Shown: piece by piece, positions 9,284 through 18,736 of the stretch
Layout: each line of letters opens with the position of its first letter
Position numbering within the stretch: the stretch's first letter is position 1
Source: a virus
Reading direction: 5' to 3' (one strand)
DNA: 40,068 bases
IMG/VR virus record: IMGVR_UViG_3300000970_000004
Coordinates: 1-40,068 of that record
Translations under genes and position numbers: made by a program
Notes under the pieces: generated by a model
The model's input: the letters and a program-made list of their open reading frames with translations, nothing else
What the model was told of the DNA's origin: nothing
The model's database searches: none

Positions 9284-9723
9284 AGCTTCTTTATGGACAT
9301 GACCAAGCTGTTGCTGAATTTGTTTCAGCCGTCGTTCCTCGCTGCGAAAATGGATTTGGCCCCTGCAAAGCAATCGGCGTCGTTGATAAATCAGGCCTTC
9401 TTGTTGGCGGAATGGTTTATTCAGGTTGGGACGTTCACGCCAAGACAATCGAAATGAGCGGAGCGGCAATAAGCAAGCGCTGGCTGACACGCGAAACACT
9501 GAAGGGATTGTTTTCGTATCCCTTTGACGTTATCGGCGTTCAAATGGTTGTAATGCGCAACTCTGAAAACCAGACCGCGCTTCATAGGATGCTTCGTGCA
9601 TATGACTTCAAAGAGTTCGTTATTCCGCGACTTTTTGGACGTGAAGAGGCTGGTCACATTTGGACGCTGACGCAAGAAGACTGGCAGAACAATAAATTTA
9701 TGAAAGGTCGTAAAAATGTCTAA
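9280..9723 (+). CDS. GNAT-fold (RimJ/RimL-like) acetyltransferase-like protein (147 aa)
   Basis: GTGA overlap start. The C-terminal pattern YPFDVIGVQMVVMRNSENQTALHRMLRAYDFKEFVIPR...LTQEDW matches the Acetyltransf_3-type tail. No canonical Q/RxxGxG loop was seen. Confidence 0.45.
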   Translation: MKLLYGHDQAVAEFVSAVVPRCENGFGPCKAIGVVDKSGLLVGGMVYSGWDVHAKTIEMSGAAISKRWLTRETLKGLFSYPFDVIGVQMVVMRNSENQTALHRMLRAYDFKEFVIPRLFGREEAGHIWTLTQEDWQNNKFMKGRKNV

Positions 9724-12181
9724 GCCTAAAGCTCCAACACCGCCAGACCCGCAAGAGACAGCGGCGGCGCAAACAGGAACCAATGTTGCGACAGCTATCG
9801 CAAATGCAACCCTGAACCAATATGACAGCTATGGCCCTGACGGTTCGACAACTTATAGCCAGACAGGAACCACGTCATTTCGCGACCCTACGACTGGTCA
9901 GACGTATCAAATCCCGCGTTACTCCGTTACGCAAACTCTGTCAGATGGTCAGCAGCAAATCTATGACCAGAACGAAGCGGCGGGGCAAAACCTTTCTGGC
10001 ATTGCGCAAGACCAGTCAGCCTTTCTGCGTGACTATCTTGCTGAACCTATTTCGTTTGACGGATTGCCCGGACGCGGCCAGTTGAACGATAATTCAGGAC
10101 AAATTCAGACAGGCTATAACCAGCAAAGCCTTCAAAATATTCAGTCAGGCGGACCCGAATTTAACGCAGTCAATGGCAGTGCTGGACTTCGTTTGACAGG
10201 GCGAAGACAGCCAAGGCTTCAGAATGGCTATGCGGCTTCAGGCATTGCTGACAGCACAAACTTTCAGGGTCAGAATGGCGACGCGAACCTTCGCCAGAAT
10301 ACAGGCTTCCAGCCTAATTATCAGAGCGGATATGACACGACGGGGCTGGAAGGTTTCACTGGAAACACGCCGCAACTTCAGCGTCAGGGCGGTTCTGCTG
10401 ACCTAAATACTGATTTGGGGACAGCCGCCCTTCGCGATTTCAGCGACATTCGGCCAGAGTTTCAACGCCAAAATCAAAGCGCAGGGCTGAACACTGAATT
10501 AAGCCGCGAAGGTGTTACGCTTCAGGACTTTGCTGGAAACACGCCTGAATATCAGCAGAGCTATGTTGACGACTTCAGCGCCGACAGAAGTCGTGTCGAA
10601 GATGCCCTAATGCAAGACCTTGACCGCCAACATTCGCGTGATGAAGAAAGCTTAAACGCGCGGCTGGCTGACCAAGGCATTCAGCTTGGCTCTGAAGCAT
10701 ATTCCCGGGCTCAAGAAGACTTTCAGGCAGGAAAGGACCGTTCACGCTTGGGCGCTATATTGAACGCAGGGCAAGAGCAGTCCCGCTTGGCTGGACTATC
10801 GCAGCAGCAGGCCGCTTTTGGCAATCAGGCGCGCAGTCAGGGCTTTAACGACGACCTTACGCGCCAAGACTTCAACAACAACGCGGCACAGCAAAGATTT
10901 GGGCAGAACGTCACTGCTGGACAGTTTGGAAATCAAGCCAGACAGCAAGACTTTCAGAACTCGCAAAGCGCCATTGGTCAAAACAATCAATATTTGCAAA
11001 GCGAGTATGACAACGCCAGAAGTCAGACCGCGTTCAACAATGATGTTTCCGGGCAGCGCTTCAGTCAGAATGCGCAGGCTGGTCAATTTGAGAACGCAGC
11101 GCGTCAGCAAGACTTTGAAAACAGCCAAGGCATTGTTCGTGAAAATAACCAATATTCGCAGCAAGATTTCGGCAATCAATTACAGGCTGGAAGCTTCAAC
11201 AATCAAGCTGCGCAGGGCAATAATGCCATTAACGCGCAGTTGGCGCAGTTCGGAAATCAGGCGCAAGGTCAGCAGTTTGCCGACAGCCTGAACGCTGCGC
11301 AGTTCTTTAATCAGGCTGGTCAGCAGCAATATCAGAACAGCTTCCAAAACCGGGCGTTCAACAATGATTTGCAGCAACAGCAGTTCCAAAACCAACAGCA
11401 GATTGCGGGCTTCAACAATGACCTGTCGTCAAATCAGGCGCAGTTCTTTAATGCTGCAAACCAGCAAGGCTATCAAAACCAGAACCAAGCTGACCTTCAG
11501 AACAATCAAGTTCGCCAAAGCTCTTTTGATAATTTCAACAACGCGACTGCGCAAAACAATCAGTATTCGCAGCAGGCCTATGACAATTATGTCAATCAGA
11601 CTGGCTTGAACAACGCGACGACGCAGCAAAACAACCAGAACGCAGCGGCGCAGGCTGGCTTCAACAATCAGGCTACGCAGCAGCAATTCAACCAAGGCCT
11701 GACGGCTGCGAATTATCAAAACGACCAGCGAGAACGCGCACTGCAAGAGCTTCTTACGCAGCGGAACCAGCCGCTTAATGAGATTTCAGCACTTATGTCG
11801 GGCTCACAAGTCAGTCGTCCGCAACAATATCAAACGCCGCAAAGCAACATTGCGACGACGGATTATGCAGGGCTTGTTCAGAATAATTACGCGAACCAAA
11901 TGCAGCAATATCAGCAGAGCATGGCGCAGCGTAACCAGTTGTTAGGCGGTGTTTTTGGTCTTGGCAGCACGTTAATCGCTTCAGATAGTCGCCTAAAAGA
12001 CATCATTCGTCCGCTGGCGAAGCTGAAGAATGGCTTGACGATTTACTTGTTTAATTACATTGGTGAAAATATTGAGCGCGTCGGGTTAATGGCGCAAGAG
12101 GTTGCAAAGCTCAAACCTGAAGCAATCGTTCACATGGATAACGGATTTATGGCCGTTGATTATGGAAGGGCTTCAGCATAA
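9716..12181 (+). CDS. Q/N-rich repeat fibre-like protein with a C-terminal S74 intramolecular chaperone domain (821 aa)
   Basis: The C-terminus SDSRLKDIIRP...YLFNY...VGLMAQEVAKLKPEAIV...VDYG (nt 11981..12178) matches the Peptidase_S74 signature. Nucleotides about 10817..11727 encode an aromatic residue every 9 positions in a Q/N background. Confidence 0.75.
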   Translation: MSKPKAPTPPDPQETAAAQTGTNVATAIANATLNQYDSYGPDGSTTYSQTGTTSFRDPTTGQTYQIPRYSVTQTLSDGQQQIYDQNEAAGQNLSGIAQDQSAFLRDYLAEPISFDGLPGRGQLNDNSGQIQTGYNQQSLQNIQSGGPEFNAVNGSAGLRLTGRRQPRLQNGYAASGIADSTNFQGQNGDANLRQNTGFQPNYQSGYDTTGLEGFTGNTPQLQRQGGSADLNTDLGTAALRDFSDIRPEFQRQNQSAGLNTELSREGVTLQDFAGNTPEYQQSYVDDFSADRSRVEDALMQDLDRQHSRDEESLNARLADQGIQLGSEAYSRAQEDFQAGKDRSRLGAILNAGQEQSRLAGLSQQQAAFGNQARSQGFNDDLTRQDFNNNAAQQRFGQNVTAGQFGNQARQQDFQNSQSAIGQNNQYLQSEYDNARSQTAFNNDVSGQRFSQNAQAGQFENAARQQDFENSQGIVRENNQYSQQDFGNQLQAGSFNNQAAQGNNAINAQLAQFGNQAQGQQFADSLNAAQFFNQAGQQQYQNSFQNRAFNNDLQQQQFQNQQQIAGFNNDLSSNQAQFFNAANQQGYQNQNQADLQNNQVRQSSFDNFNNATAQNNQYSQQAYDNYVNQTGLNNATTQQNNQNAAAQAGFNNQATQQQFNQGLTAANYQNDQRERALQELLTQRNQPLNEISALMSGSQVSRPQQYQTPQSNIATTDYAGLVQNNYANQMQQYQQSMAQRNQLLGGVFGLGSTLIASDSRLKDIIRPLAKLKNGLTIYLFNYIGENIERVGLMAQEVAKLKPEAIVHMDNGFMAVDYGRASA

Positions 12182-13413
12182 TGGCTTATCAAGGTTACGG
12201 TTCAGTTTCAAAGCAAGCAGAGCGTCAAAGAGCCTTGGCGCAACAGTTGATGCCCCAAAATATCGGCGCGCCTGTCGCTGGCATTGGCGGCGGATTAACG
12301 CAACTAGCTCAAGCCCTAATGTCCCGGAAGGCGAATAAAAAAGCCGATAAGCTTGAAGAGGCTCACCGGGTGAAAATGGCGGCTGCGCTTCAGAGCGCGA
12401 CGGCTGGAATGTCACCTGACCAGCAAGCTTTCGCCCAAGCTTTCCCTGAACTGTTTGCGAAGTCGCAGGCTGCAAATATGTTCCCGGACGCCATGAAACA
12501 GAAGCAAATGGCGCAGCAGCAATCAAACGCTGACCGTCAGTTTGGTCTTCAGACACGCAGCGCTGACCGCGCTGACCGCGCTTTTGATTATCAAATGAAC
12601 CGGGACATCGCTGGCGACAAAATCAGGGCTGAACAGCGCCAATATCAGCAAGGCCGTGACGCTCAAAACGACCAATTCAGAAACAATCAGTTCGCCTATC
12701 AGCAAGGACAGGACCGCATTTCAAATCAGCAGCGGAACCGTCAGATTGACGCCACGATTGCGAAAGCTAGCAAGACTGACCTTGGCAAAACCCCAATTTA
12801 CCTTCGCGGACAAGACGGAAAAGTCAGCATTGGACAGCTTGGAAATGGTCAAGTTGTTCCTGCAAAAATTGCGGACGGAATGTCAATCGTTGACCCTATG
12901 CAAAAAGCCATGATGCAACAACAAGGACGCTCTGAAGGGAAAACACGCGGCGAAACAGCAGCCAACATGCCAGCTATCTTAAACAATGCTCAAAGGTCAC
13001 TAAAAACAGTTGAAGACTTAATAAATCACAAGGGCATTGATGCGGGAACGGGTTTAAGTAGCGTAGTTCCGGCGCTTCCCGGCACTGACAAAAAGGCCTT
13101 TAATGTCGCAAATAAACAGCTTGGCGGTCAGGTGTTCTTGCAGGGATTTGAAGCCCTGAAGGGCGGCGGTGTTATCACTGAAATTGAAGGTCAGCAGGCA
13201 AAAGATGCTTTAGCCCGCGCAGATAAATCGCAGAGCAAGGAAGACTATATTGCAGCCCTGAACGATTATAAGGATATTGTTTCTGGTGGAATGGCTGCTG
13301 CTTACATGAAGGCAGGAATGGAACTTCCTGAAAACCTGAAGCCATACGCAATGAACATTCAGCAGGGCGGTCAGACGTTCGTTTATAATCCGCAAACAGG
13401 GGGTTTTGACTAA
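12181..13413 (+). CDS. Internal-virion/ejection-like protein, Q-rich (410 aa)
   Basis: TAATG coupling and position between fibre and tail genes. Q/R/D-rich central region. No motif recognised. Confidence 0.6.
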   Translation: MAYQGYGSVSKQAERQRALAQQLMPQNIGAPVAGIGGGLTQLAQALMSRKANKKADKLEEAHRVKMAAALQSATAGMSPDQQAFAQAFPELFAKSQAANMFPDAMKQKQMAQQQSNADRQFGLQTRSADRADRAFDYQMNRDIAGDKIRAEQRQYQQGRDAQNDQFRNNQFAYQQGQDRISNQQRNRQIDATIAKASKTDLGKTPIYLRGQDGKVSIGQLGNGQVVPAKIADGMSIVDPMQKAMMQQQGRSEGKTRGETAANMPAILNNAQRSLKTVEDLINHKGIDAGTGLSSVVPALPGTDKKAFNVANKQLGGQVFLQGFEALKGGGVITEIEGQQAKDALARADKSQSKEDYIAALNDYKDIVSGGMAAAYMKAGMELPENLKPYAMNIQQGGQTFVYNPQTGGFD

Positions 13414-15368
13414 TGACAATCACAGTCAAAGGGCCAGACGGCAACACCTATCAATTCCCGGACGGAACGCCGCCAGAAGTAATGCAAAGCGCCATGCAAA
13501 AACGTTACGGCGGTCCGCAAAATCAACAACCACAACAGCCGCCGCAAATGCAGGCGGCTTCGCCCATTCAGGGCGGCGCTAGTCTTGGCGATAGGGTTGG
13601 CGCGCTTTTGGGCGGTGGTCTTAAGGGTGCGACTTTGGGCGCTTCAGACCATGTTGAAGCTGCACTGTCTTCGTTAATTCCTGCTGACAGAATGGTTGCG
13701 CCTGACGGCTCTGCTGACATTAGGTTTGGGAAATACAAGCACAATCTTGAACAGGTTCGACGGCGCAATGAAAAGCAAAAAGATGGGGCTCCAAAAACTT
13801 ACACAGGCGGACAAATTGGCGGCGCGGTTCTAGGCCTTGGAAAACTATCATCGGCAAAAGCCTTGCCTTCTAGCTATGTAAAAGGAACGGGTCTTGGAAA
13901 AACGACGCTTGGCCTTGGTGCGGACGGTGCTGCGATTGCCGGGACGGAAGCCCTTCTGAATGGGCGTGACGCTGTAAAGGCTGCTGGTGAAGGCGGCTTG
14001 ATAGGTGCGGGCCTGAACGTCCTTACACGCGGCGCAATTCGCGGTTCTTCGCCAGTTGTTCAAAATATAAAAGCGCGCCTAAATCCTGAAAAAATGGCAA
14101 CCAATATGCTTGTGAACGCGCTGAAGAAAAGCGGACAATCTGTTGATGACATAAAGAGCAAATTAAACAGCGCCAAGGACGACGGCGTTGGCGAATTTAC
14201 CATTGCAGATGCGCTAGGCGAACAGGGTGTGCGCTTGGCAAGCGGCTTGACCCGCCAGCATGGTCAAGGCGGTCAGCGCCTTGCCGACTTCCTCAACCAG
14301 CGCCAGTCTGGTCAATCTGGTCGCATTACAAACGCACTGGACGACAGCTTTAAAACTGGCGGCAAAACGGCTGAAGATGCGACAAATGAAATTTCAAAGA
14401 CAATCCGTCAGACAGACAAAGCCAATTTTGGCAAAGTTCCTGACGAAGCGGTTCAGCCAACTTCAGCTATGGCTTTCATTGAGAAGAATACGCAGGCCGT
14501 GAAGGACGGAATTAAGCCAACCAAAATTGAAAAAAAGCTGGCGGAATATAGCGACCTAATCAAATCTGGCGGCGAAGGCGTTGGCGCGCAGCGCCTTATT
14601 TCCATTCGTCAGGATTTAGCCGACGCAGCAGACAAGGCATTTCGCGGCGGCAAGGGTGGCCTAGGAACGAAACTTAAGGATTTGCGTTCTGCGATTGATG
14701 AAGACATTCTTCGCGTTTCGCCAGCTTATAGAGATGCGAACGCCGCAAGTTCTGCTTTGCGAGGTGTTCGCGGAAATATTAAATCAGGTCAGCAGGCCGC
14801 AACAAGAGGACGTCACGAAGACATTGCGGCGGCGCTTCGCGGCACTTCCCCTGAAGGAAAAAAGGCTTTTGCGACTGGCTTTGCTGACACAAATATTGCG
14901 CGGACACAGAAGGCCGCTGAAGGCTCAAACGCAGCGCGACCATTCACTAATCAGCGCTTCCAAGCTCTTGCGTCTGAATTGAATGAAGACGGCGGGGAAA
15001 AGCTTTTGCGTCAGATTAGTCGTGAAAACGATATGTTTATGACAAGAGCGCGGGCGACTGGCGGCTCAAAAACGGCTGATAATCTTGCAGACCAAGCGAA
15101 CGTCAATCCCGCTGTCGGCCTTGGTGTTCAATTATTTCGCGGCGACCTCCCCGGCGCTGCTGGTTACATTATTCGCGGCGCTGCAAATCGGGTCACTGGC
15201 AACAATCAGAACTCGCGCGACGCGCTTGCAGATATGCTTCTAAGTAATTCAGATGATGTTTTAGCCAAAGAGACTGCTCGCCGCATAAGAAGCGGGGAAA
15301 GGCTGACTGAAGCTGAACGAAAGGCGTTGGTTCCTCTTTTGGCAGCTTCTACTTCAGGAAGTCAGTAA
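13413..15368 (+). CDS. Large internal-virion/ejection-like protein (651 aa)
   Basis: TAATG coupling. G/A-rich segments and an N-terminal VKGPDGNTYQFPDGTPPEVMQSAMQKRYG motif. Function inferred only from position. Confidence 0.55.
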   Translation: MTITVKGPDGNTYQFPDGTPPEVMQSAMQKRYGGPQNQQPQQPPQMQAASPIQGGASLGDRVGALLGGGLKGATLGASDHVEAALSSLIPADRMVAPDGSADIRFGKYKHNLEQVRRRNEKQKDGAPKTYTGGQIGGAVLGLGKLSSAKALPSSYVKGTGLGKTTLGLGADGAAIAGTEALLNGRDAVKAAGEGGLIGAGLNVLTRGAIRGSSPVVQNIKARLNPEKMATNMLVNALKKSGQSVDDIKSKLNSAKDDGVGEFTIADALGEQGVRLASGLTRQHGQGGQRLADFLNQRQSGQSGRITNALDDSFKTGGKTAEDATNEISKTIRQTDKANFGKVPDEAVQPTSAMAFIEKNTQAVKDGIKPTKIEKKLAEYSDLIKSGGEGVGAQRLISIRQDLADAADKAFRGGKGGLGTKLKDLRSAIDEDILRVSPAYRDANAASSALRGVRGNIKSGQQAATRGRHEDIAAALRGTSPEGKKAFATGFADTNIARTQKAAEGSNAARPFTNQRFQALASELNEDGGEKLLRQISRENDMFMTRARATGGSKTADNLADQANVNPAVGLGVQLFRGDLPGAAGYIIRGAANRVTGNNQNSRDALADMLLSNSDDVLAKETARRIRSGERLTEAERKALVPLLAASTSGSQ

Positions 15369-15496
15369 AGAGATAAAGCGGAATGACAACAATGGCGGCT
15401 GAAATGTAGTGATAACGGTCAGCCCATAACGAATTAAAAATGCGTTTCATGTCTCTTGATATGACACGCAGAATGAAAAGGCAATAGGAGCATAAA

Positions 15497-17566
15497 ATGC
15501 CACGTAATACGCAAAATGTTTATCAAGCGCCCCCCGGCACTTATGGCGTTTCAGGGCAAACGATTTCGTCCGTTAAATACAATGCTTTCGTTGACGATGT
15601 TGTTGCTGACCTGAACGCTGCGCGACCCATAAGCGCGGGCGGAACTGGCGCGACGAACATCGCAGCGGCGCGAACAAATCTTTCAGTTCCGTCAATCGCT
15701 GACCTTGATGCGCTTTCAAACACAGTCACAGGCCTTGGCAATACGAAGCTTAATCTTTCGGGCGGAACGCTGACAGGTGCGCTTACAGGCACGACAGCGA
15801 CCTTCACAGGCGGCGTTACAGCTAATTTGACAGGAAATGTTACGGGCAATGTTACGGGCAATTTGACAGGTGACGTTACGGGTGACGTGACAGGCAACGC
15901 AGGCACAGCCACAACACTTGCAGCGACGCGAACATTCGGAATGACAGGCGTTGTGACGGCCACAGCGCAGAACTTTAACGGTTCAGGAAACGTCACGTTC
16001 ACAACGACAATCGCGAACAATGCCCTTTCGATTGCGAAGACTTCAGGGCTACAAGCAGCTCTTGATGATAAGTTGAACGCAAGCAATTACACCGCGAACG
16101 ACGTTTTAGCTAAACTTTTGACTGTTGACGGCTCAAGCTCTGGCCTTGATGCACAGTTTCTTAGCGGAAAGCCTTTGTCTAATTTCATTACCAAGGACGG
16201 CGCAGCAACGACTGGAACGGACTTCGACAACCACACTTCAACTGATATTGTTACCCTCAACAACGGTTCAGCAAACCAGCCCCAAGGCGGCTTCAATCAC
16301 ACCCTGTTCGTTATTGGTGGAATAAACGCGAATAATTTAATTCAGCTTGATTTTCCGCGCGGCTCGACGGAAGCTTATTTTCGTTCAAGAAGCGGGTCTA
16401 TTTGGTCAAGCTGGTCGCGGTTTTGGAACAACAATAACCACGGTGCGGGAAGTGGCCTTGACGCTGATTTGCTGGACGGCCTTCAGGGTTCAGCCTACGC
16501 TAAAGTAACTGGCGGTTTAGGCCTAAGAGTGGAAAACACAAACCCGACTTTAATTCTACGCGATACGGACGGGACAGGAAACAATCACACTGGATGGGTT
16601 GGGTTTTATGACAGCGCCGACGCGCAACAAGCGTGGATTGGCTTTGGTTCGACAGGCAATGACAACCTCAACCTTCAAAATAATTATGCGGGCGGATTAT
16701 TAACCTATAACAGCCAATTAATTTATCACGCTGGCAACTTTGACCCTTCCACGAAGGCGGAAGCCTCACACACTCACAGCATTGCGAATGTGGTTGGGCT
16801 TCAGTCTACGCTTGACGCAAAGCTAAACTTATCAGGCGGAAATATTACTGGAAGCTTGAGCGTGTCACAAGCAGAGCCTTCAATTCAGCTCATAGAAACA
16901 GACCAAGGGACAAGCACAAACCAAAGCCGCTTTGTCATGTCAGGCGGCGACTTCTTCATTCAGTCTGAAGGCCCGATTAGGTTCACAGGGTTTTTAGGAA
17001 CCGACCTTACAGCGCTGACCGCAAGATTTGGAGGCGTCAATCGTGAAATTTACCACAGCGGCAACATTGGAGGCGTAGCAAACAGCACGTTCAGCATAGC
17101 TAAAACTTCAGGACTTCAGACTGCGCTTGACGGAAAACTTGACGACTTCACGACGGGAAGCTTGGCTTTTTCAACTGCCAGCGGTGACACATTACTTCAA
17201 TCTAACAGTAATGGCTTCATTCGTATTGGCCCGCAAAATGCAAGCTTCTGTCATATCTACACTGACTTACCAAGCTTCTTCATGGACAAGCCTCTTCTTA
17301 TTCAGGGAAGCACAGTTTATCACAGCGGCAACATTGGAAACGTCGCAAATAACGTCTTCAGCATTGCTAAAACTTCAGGCCTGCAAACTGCATTGAATGG
17401 AAAGGCTGCGACTTCGCACACGCATTCAATTTCAAACGTGACAGGTCTTCAGGCGGCACTAGATGCCAAAGAGCCAGCGCTTGCCGCTGACCAGAAGCGC
17501 AAAACAACCATATCGTCAGCCGCCCCTTCAGGTGGTTCAGACGGCGACATTTGGCTTCAATACTAA
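15497..17566 (+). CDS. Tail fibre protein (689 aa)
   Basis: Five copies of a tail-fibre repeat signature, for example SHTHSISNVTGLQAALDAK and FSIAKTSGLQTALDGKL. Also a (T-G-N/D-V/L) tetrapeptide run and an SD (TAGGAG) upstream. Confidence 0.85.
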   Translation: MPRNTQNVYQAPPGTYGVSGQTISSVKYNAFVDDVVADLNAARPISAGGTGATNIAAARTNLSVPSIADLDALSNTVTGLGNTKLNLSGGTLTGALTGTTATFTGGVTANLTGNVTGNVTGNLTGDVTGDVTGNAGTATTLAATRTFGMTGVVTATAQNFNGSGNVTFTTTIANNALSIAKTSGLQAALDDKLNASNYTANDVLAKLLTVDGSSSGLDAQFLSGKPLSNFITKDGAATTGTDFDNHTSTDIVTLNNGSANQPQGGFNHTLFVIGGINANNLIQLDFPRGSTEAYFRSRSGSIWSSWSRFWNNNNHGAGSGLDADLLDGLQGSAYAKVTGGLGLRVENTNPTLILRDTDGTGNNHTGWVGFYDSADAQQAWIGFGSTGNDNLNLQNNYAGGLLTYNSQLIYHAGNFDPSTKAEASHTHSIANVVGLQSTLDAKLNLSGGNITGSLSVSQAEPSIQLIETDQGTSTNQSRFVMSGGDFFIQSEGPIRFTGFLGTDLTALTARFGGVNREIYHSGNIGGVANSTFSIAKTSGLQTALDGKLDDFTTGSLAFSTASGDTLLQSNSNGFIRIGPQNASFCHIYTDLPSFFMDKPLLIQGSTVYHSGNIGNVANNVFSIAKTSGLQTALNGKAATSHTHSISNVTGLQAALDAKEPALAADQKRKTTISSAAPSGGSDGDIWLQY
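15824..15895 (+). repeat. Six tandem 12-nt units encoding (N/D)(L/V)TG inside the tail fibre gene
   Basis: aatttgacagga aatgttacgggc aatgttacgggc aatttgacaggt gacgttacgggt gacgtgacaggc, in frame. Confidence 0.9.
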
Positions 17567-18003
17567 TGGGCGCGTTCGCTAAAATTGCTGGCGTTTGGGA
17601 GGCCTTTGACCCGAAAGTCAAGGTTGCTGGCGTTTGGGAAGATGTTCAGACGGGCTATGTGAAAGTTGCTGGCGTTTGGGAAGTATTTTATTCTGGCGTC
17701 ACGCCAGTCTCACTAAATGTTGCGCCTGCATTTGTTAGCGGTCAGGGTCAAGGCCTTGTTGTCTCTGACCCCGCCACAGGGACGCCTAGCAATGGCGTTG
17801 GCCCTTTCACCTATCAATGGTCAAAGGTTTCTGGCGACACTCTTGGAATAGGAAGCCCAACAAACGCGACTTCAGTATTTAGCGGGAACGTGCCGCCAGC
17901 AGGGTCTTTAAATGCAGTTTATAGGCTTACCGTGACTGACACAGGCAATTCAAACACAACGGCGTTTGATGACGTTGATGTGACTTTGATTGATGAATTA
18001 TAG
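17566..18003 (+). CDS. Fibre-associated protein with three KVAGVWE repeats and an Ig-like C-terminal domain (145 aa)
   Basis: ATG 17566 overlaps the fibre stop (TAATG); the listed 17551 start is TTG. GCTGGCGTTTGGGA occurs three times in the DNA. The C-terminus FTYQWSKVSGD...YRLTVTD is Ig/PKD-like. Confidence 0.7.
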   Translation: MGAFAKIAGVWEAFDPKVKVAGVWEDVQTGYVKVAGVWEVFYSGVTPVSLNVAPAFVSGQGQGLVVSDPATGTPSNGVGPFTYQWSKVSGDTLGIGSPTNATSVFSGNVPPAGSLNAVYRLTVTDTGNSNTTAFDDVDVTLIDEL

Positions 18004-18028
18004 TTTTTAAAAAAGGTAGGGCTGGAAT

Positions 18029-18214
18029 ATGGATATTAGCGCAATAATTAATTTAATACAGGAAAACGGGCCGTGGGCGCTAACGGTCATTGCTGGCTTC
18101 GCCTATTGGCATGAAAAAAAGGCGCATGATGGTTCTAAAGAGAAGGAACGGACACGACTTCTTGAAGAACTTAATTATTTAAACCGTGTTCGCGATGGTG
18201 AACGCAATGTTTAG
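18029..18214 (+). CDS. Small single-pass membrane protein (61 aa), holin candidate
   Basis: One hydrophobic span (GPWALTVIAGFAYW) followed by a charged tail. Located downstream of the tail genes. Confidence 0.45.
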   Translation: MDISAIINLIQENGPWALTVIAGFAYWHEKKAHDGSKEKERTRLLEELNYLNRVRDGERNV

Positions 18215-18404
18215 AAAATTCAAAAAGAACAAGAAAATCAGCATAGACGAACTTGAAAGACGGGTTAAAAAGGCACGTCAAGAGGCCGTCGAAGTTGCCC
18301 GCAAAAGCGGTCATTTGAAAGAACTGGCTGACGACATGCTTGGGCGCATTGCTGAACGGCAAAAACCGAAAGGCAAAGCCATTCCAGTTCCATCTAAAAA
18401 GTAA
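18186..18404 (+). CDS. Small basic helical protein (65-72 aa)
   Basis: The ORF overlaps the previous stop. Possible starts are GTG 18186, ATG 18195 and ATG 18207. No motif recognised. Confidence 0.45.
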   Translation: MFAMVNAMFRKFKKNKKISIDELERRVKKARQEAVEVARKSGHLKELADDMLGRIAERQKPKGKAIPVPSKK

Positions 18405-18407
18405 TTT

Positions 18408-18423
18408 AAACCCTGAAAGGAAA
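18408..18423 (+). promoter_or_regulatory. Conserved leader/SD motif AAACCCTGAAAGGAAA (copy 2 of 3)
   Basis: Exact 16-mer, 4 nt before ATG 18428. Confidence 0.7.
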
Positions 18424-18427
18424 CAAA

Positions 18428-18736
18428 ATGAAACAACGTGATTTAACAAAGGCTGAAGTTAAAAAGATTAACGCCGTTATGAAGAAAAACGGACTTGCTG
18501 AAGTCAGTAACGCCCGCTTGGAAAACATGACTAAGAATAGGGCAATTCTTCGCTACATTCCGAACAGCGACGCCCGCGACGGAGCGCTAGGCGAACTGGC
18601 TCTTGCAAAAGCAGGAATGCAAATCGCTTATGACGGCGACCCTACGACAATCGAAGGCGGCATGGATTTTGACACAGTTCCGTTTTCGTATGTCCTTATG
18701 GTTCGCCTTCCATTGTGGAAAGAAAAGAAGAAATGA
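18428..18736 (+). CDS. Hypothetical protein (102 aa)
   Basis: ORF directly behind the conserved leader motif, with an ATGA overlap to the next gene. Confidence 0.65.
   Translation: MKQRDLTKAEVKKINAVMKKNGLAEVSNARLENMTKNRAILRYIPNSDARDGALGELALAKAGMQIAYDGDPTTIEGGMDFDTVPFSYVLMVRLPLWKEKKK

Noticed and set aside
10796-11746. Several ORFs of 70-157 aa in other frames and on the other strand inside the Q/N-rich gene (10796..11179, 10818..11291, 11180..11395, 11429..11746)
   Set aside because: The repetitive CAA/CAG/AAC codon content suppresses stop codons in the alternative frames. The products are L/R/I-rich nonsense-like sequence.
15349-15450. 33-aa - strand hydrophobic ORF (MKRIFNSLWADRYHYISAAIVVIPLYLFTDFLK) in the gap before the tail fibre gene
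   Set aside because: It is isolated on the opposite strand within the late operon, with no SD or promoter evident. Noted only because the 128-bp gap is otherwise unexplained.
15497-17566. Possible diversity-generating retroelement (template/variable repeat pair) in the tail fibre
   Set aside because: No reverse transcriptase is present anywhere in the genome. The differences between the two repeat copies are not restricted to adenine positions.
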